DNA of 40,383 bases from a virus. The stretch is taken from IMG/VR virus record IMGVR_UViG_3300022542_001227, positions 1 through 40,383 of that record; one strand, given 5' to 3'. The position numbers were made by a program, and so were the translations under genes. Position 1 is the stretch's first letter. Every line of letters starts with the position of its first letter. Shown here piece after piece: positions 38,454-40,383 of the stretch. The notes under the pieces were generated by a model. It saw nothing but the letters and a program-made list of their open reading frames with translations, had not been told where the DNA came from and did no database searches.

Positions 38454-40252
38454 TTTAAAGGATCTTGTCCACTAGTTCTTGTAAAAATTTCTTCAACTGT
38501 TGTTGTTTGACTTCTTTTCTTAATGTCTTTCATTACTTTTTTCTTTTCATCACCACGTGGAATTTCAGTTATATCTTGGTGTCTTGTTTCTGTTTTTGCT
38601 TGCAATCCAATTTCAGCAGGGTTAATTTCTGCAGATAAATCACCAAAAGTATTTGCTTCTATTGCTTTCTTTTTGAATGCAGCAAACACTTCTTTTGAAG
38701 GTACACCATCATTAATTGCATTAAGTGCTTCTTCAACATCTTCTTCTGTGATTCCTGGAGGCATTGTTTCATATTTTGTACCAAATGTTGATTTGAATAA
38801 TACTTGTGCAAAGTTTTCTAGTGCCTTATCTTTTTGAACTATTGATTTAACATATGATTCCATTGCTTTAGGACTGTGAAGTGGATGATTTGTAAATGAT
38901 TCTGCACTAGTTGTATCAGGTTTTGGTGCTTCCTTTTCAATGTCTGGTCTTTCTGGTGCATCTGGATCTTTTGGTTTCCCTGGTGTAACAGTTTCTTCTA
39001 ATTGCATCATGTCTTCTTTATTTTTTTCTTTCCACTCCAAAAATTCATCATCATTCAAATCTGGAATAAATGATTTAAGCCCTGATCTAAATTCCATATC
39101 AGAAATTCGTTTACTTGTTTCTAGTTTGACGTATTGTTCAAATACAATTTTTTCTACGAATGCTGAAAATGTCCAACGTGGGTTTACTTCATAGAAATCA
39201 AAATTCCAGTCTTCACATTTTCTTTTCATTATTGTATTAACCATTAGTTCTTCAAGATCTTTTTGAATCCCTGCAACTTGGGCCATCATTTCTTGAATTG
39301 GTGTTTGTGATGCAGCAAAGCCTGCACTTCCTGGGTTATCTATTGCTTCACTAGGAAAATTTGTTGCTTTTGCAATTTGTTGTTTCATATCATCAGTATA
39401 ATCTTTCATCACACTGGAAATATCAGGTTGTGCTTTATTGACAATAAATTCTTTATCAGATAGTGTAATGAATTTTCTAGTGTCAGATGAATTGATATTA
39501 TTTTCAATTTCTTTGATTCTTTGTTTATTGGTTTCACCTTTGATTGTAACAAACATCATTGATTTAGCATGTTTTTCTGCAGTAGCTAATTGTGAAAATC
39601 TAATTCTGGCATCTCTATCTAATACAGACACCAGATATTTGTCTGCTTCAATTAAGTTTCCATCTTCATCAAATTCACCAGTAACTTTTTGTGGTACTGC
39701 AATTGAAAAGATTTCTGATTTTCCAAAATATTCTTCTTCTGGATTGTTAATTGCATAGTGAATCATGTAATCAGGGCTAAGTCTATGCATTTGCCCATCA
39801 ATCATTTGTATAACTTCAAGTACATTTCCAAAATCATCACGAAATGCTTTCCACATTGTAGACATGGGAACATGTTTTACATTTCCAAGTTTCCCATCTG
39901 GTGTAAATTCTTCGGACATATTGAAGGTTCCAGTAATTAACATATCCCTAACAGTTTCTTCAAATTTTGATCTTAGTCCAACGACTTTTGCCCATGTGAT
40001 AAATAATTTTGTAAATGCTTCATTGTCTGATTCATATGTAATATCAGTACCCATCAGTCTTCTATGAATTCCATTCAATCCACGTTTTACTTCTGGCCAT
40101 CCATGATAGTAATCGTAAAATCTACTAAATGGTAATTCAAATGCTGTTTCACCAGAAAACTGTTTTGACCTGGATACAATAATTGGATTTGCTGCAAATT
40201 TCTTTGCAATCCCTCTAAATGTAGAACTTAGATTTCTAATGATACTAGCCAT
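38450..40252 (-). CDS. Portal protein (600 aa)
   Basis: Size, its position immediately upstream of and overlapping the protease-capsid gene by 4 nt, and a charged C-terminal tail. No profile search was run. Confidence 0.6.
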   Translation of the reverse strand: MASIIRNLSSTFRGIAKKFAANPIIVSRSKQFSGETAFELPFSRFYDYYHGWPEVKRGLNGIHRRLMGTDITYESDNEAFTKLFITWAKVVGLRSKFEETVRDMLITGTFNMSEEFTPDGKLGNVKHVPMSTMWKAFRDDFGNVLEVIQMIDGQMHRLSPDYMIHYAINNPEEEYFGKSEIFSIAVPQKVTGEFDEDGNLIEADKYLVSVLDRDARIRFSQLATAEKHAKSMMFVTIKGETNKQRIKEIENNINSSDTRKFITLSDKEFIVNKAQPDISSVMKDYTDDMKQQIAKATNFPSEAIDNPGSAGFAASQTPIQEMMAQVAGIQKDLEELMVNTIMKRKCEDWNFDFYEVNPRWTFSAFVEKIVFEQYVKLETSKRISDMEFRSGLKSFIPDLNDDEFLEWKEKNKEDMMQLEETVTPGKPKDPDAPERPDIEKEAPKPDTTSAESFTNHPLHSPKAMESYVKSIVQKDKALENFAQVLFKSTFGTKYETMPPGITEEDVEEALNAINDGVPSKEVFAAFKKKAIEANTFGDLSAEINPAEIGLQAKTETRHQDITEIPRGDEKKKVMKDIKKRSQTTTVEEIFTRTSGQDPLK

Positions 40253-40383
40253 CTAAAATTAAAATTGCTTGCATGAATATAACTATTAAGTATCGGTGTG
40301 AACACCAGCAGGTTCAGTTACTTGTACCAAAAACGATTCTAATGTATGGTAAATTAAAGTGCCTAGTATATCATATGGCTCTA
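40243..40383. repeat. Terminal direct repeat, copy 2 (circular-assembly overlap)
   Basis: Identical to 1-141. 40286-40383 duplicates the 3' part of ORF 44..403. Confidence 0.95.

Overview
The window is one complete, circularly closed viral genome. Bases 1-141 are identical to 40243-40383, giving a unit length of 40,242 bp. It is an AT-rich, head-tailed dsDNA virus with a large terminase, a portal and an HK97-type capsid. It carries roughly 90-95 tightly packed genes, and all but one are on the minus strand.

Modules, reading along the minus strand:
- Portal, then an 810-aa protease-scaffold-capsid fusion, then head and tail completion genes.
- A short tape-measure-like protein, an 882-aa tail hub and a 688-aa fibre.
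- Three small membrane proteins plus a matrixin-like metalloprotease, which I read as a candidate lysis cassette.
- A long chain of translationally coupled micro-genes, many of them zinc ribbons.
- A DNA-modification and nuclease block: Dam-type methyltransferase, ParB-MT-A70 methyltransferase, Vsr-like nuclease and HNH endonuclease.
- DNA-binding regulators: a winged-helix protein, an RHH protein and a C2H2 zinc finger.
- A small-terminase candidate and the large terminase.
- More zinc-finger micro-genes, a second fibre module and an Hjc-like nuclease.

I recognised no polymerase, primase, helicase, integrase, tRNA, rRNA or CRISPR array.

The non-coding DNA is unusually structured:
- Nine promoters share an invariant TGCTAC that abuts the start codon, with a TATA-like box 28-31 nt upstream of the ATG.
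- Several other over-represented palindromes recur in the few long intergenic regions.
- There is an origin-like AT-rich region bracketed by nested inverted repeats.

The apparently leaderless TATA(-30) architecture, with SD-like motifs only on internal operon genes, the many zinc-finger micro-proteins and the lack of any peptidoglycan hydrolase together suggest an archaeal host, possibly a low-GC marine ammonia-oxidising archaeon. This host call is inference only. All protein calls rest on motifs read by eye and on gene order; no database search was run.
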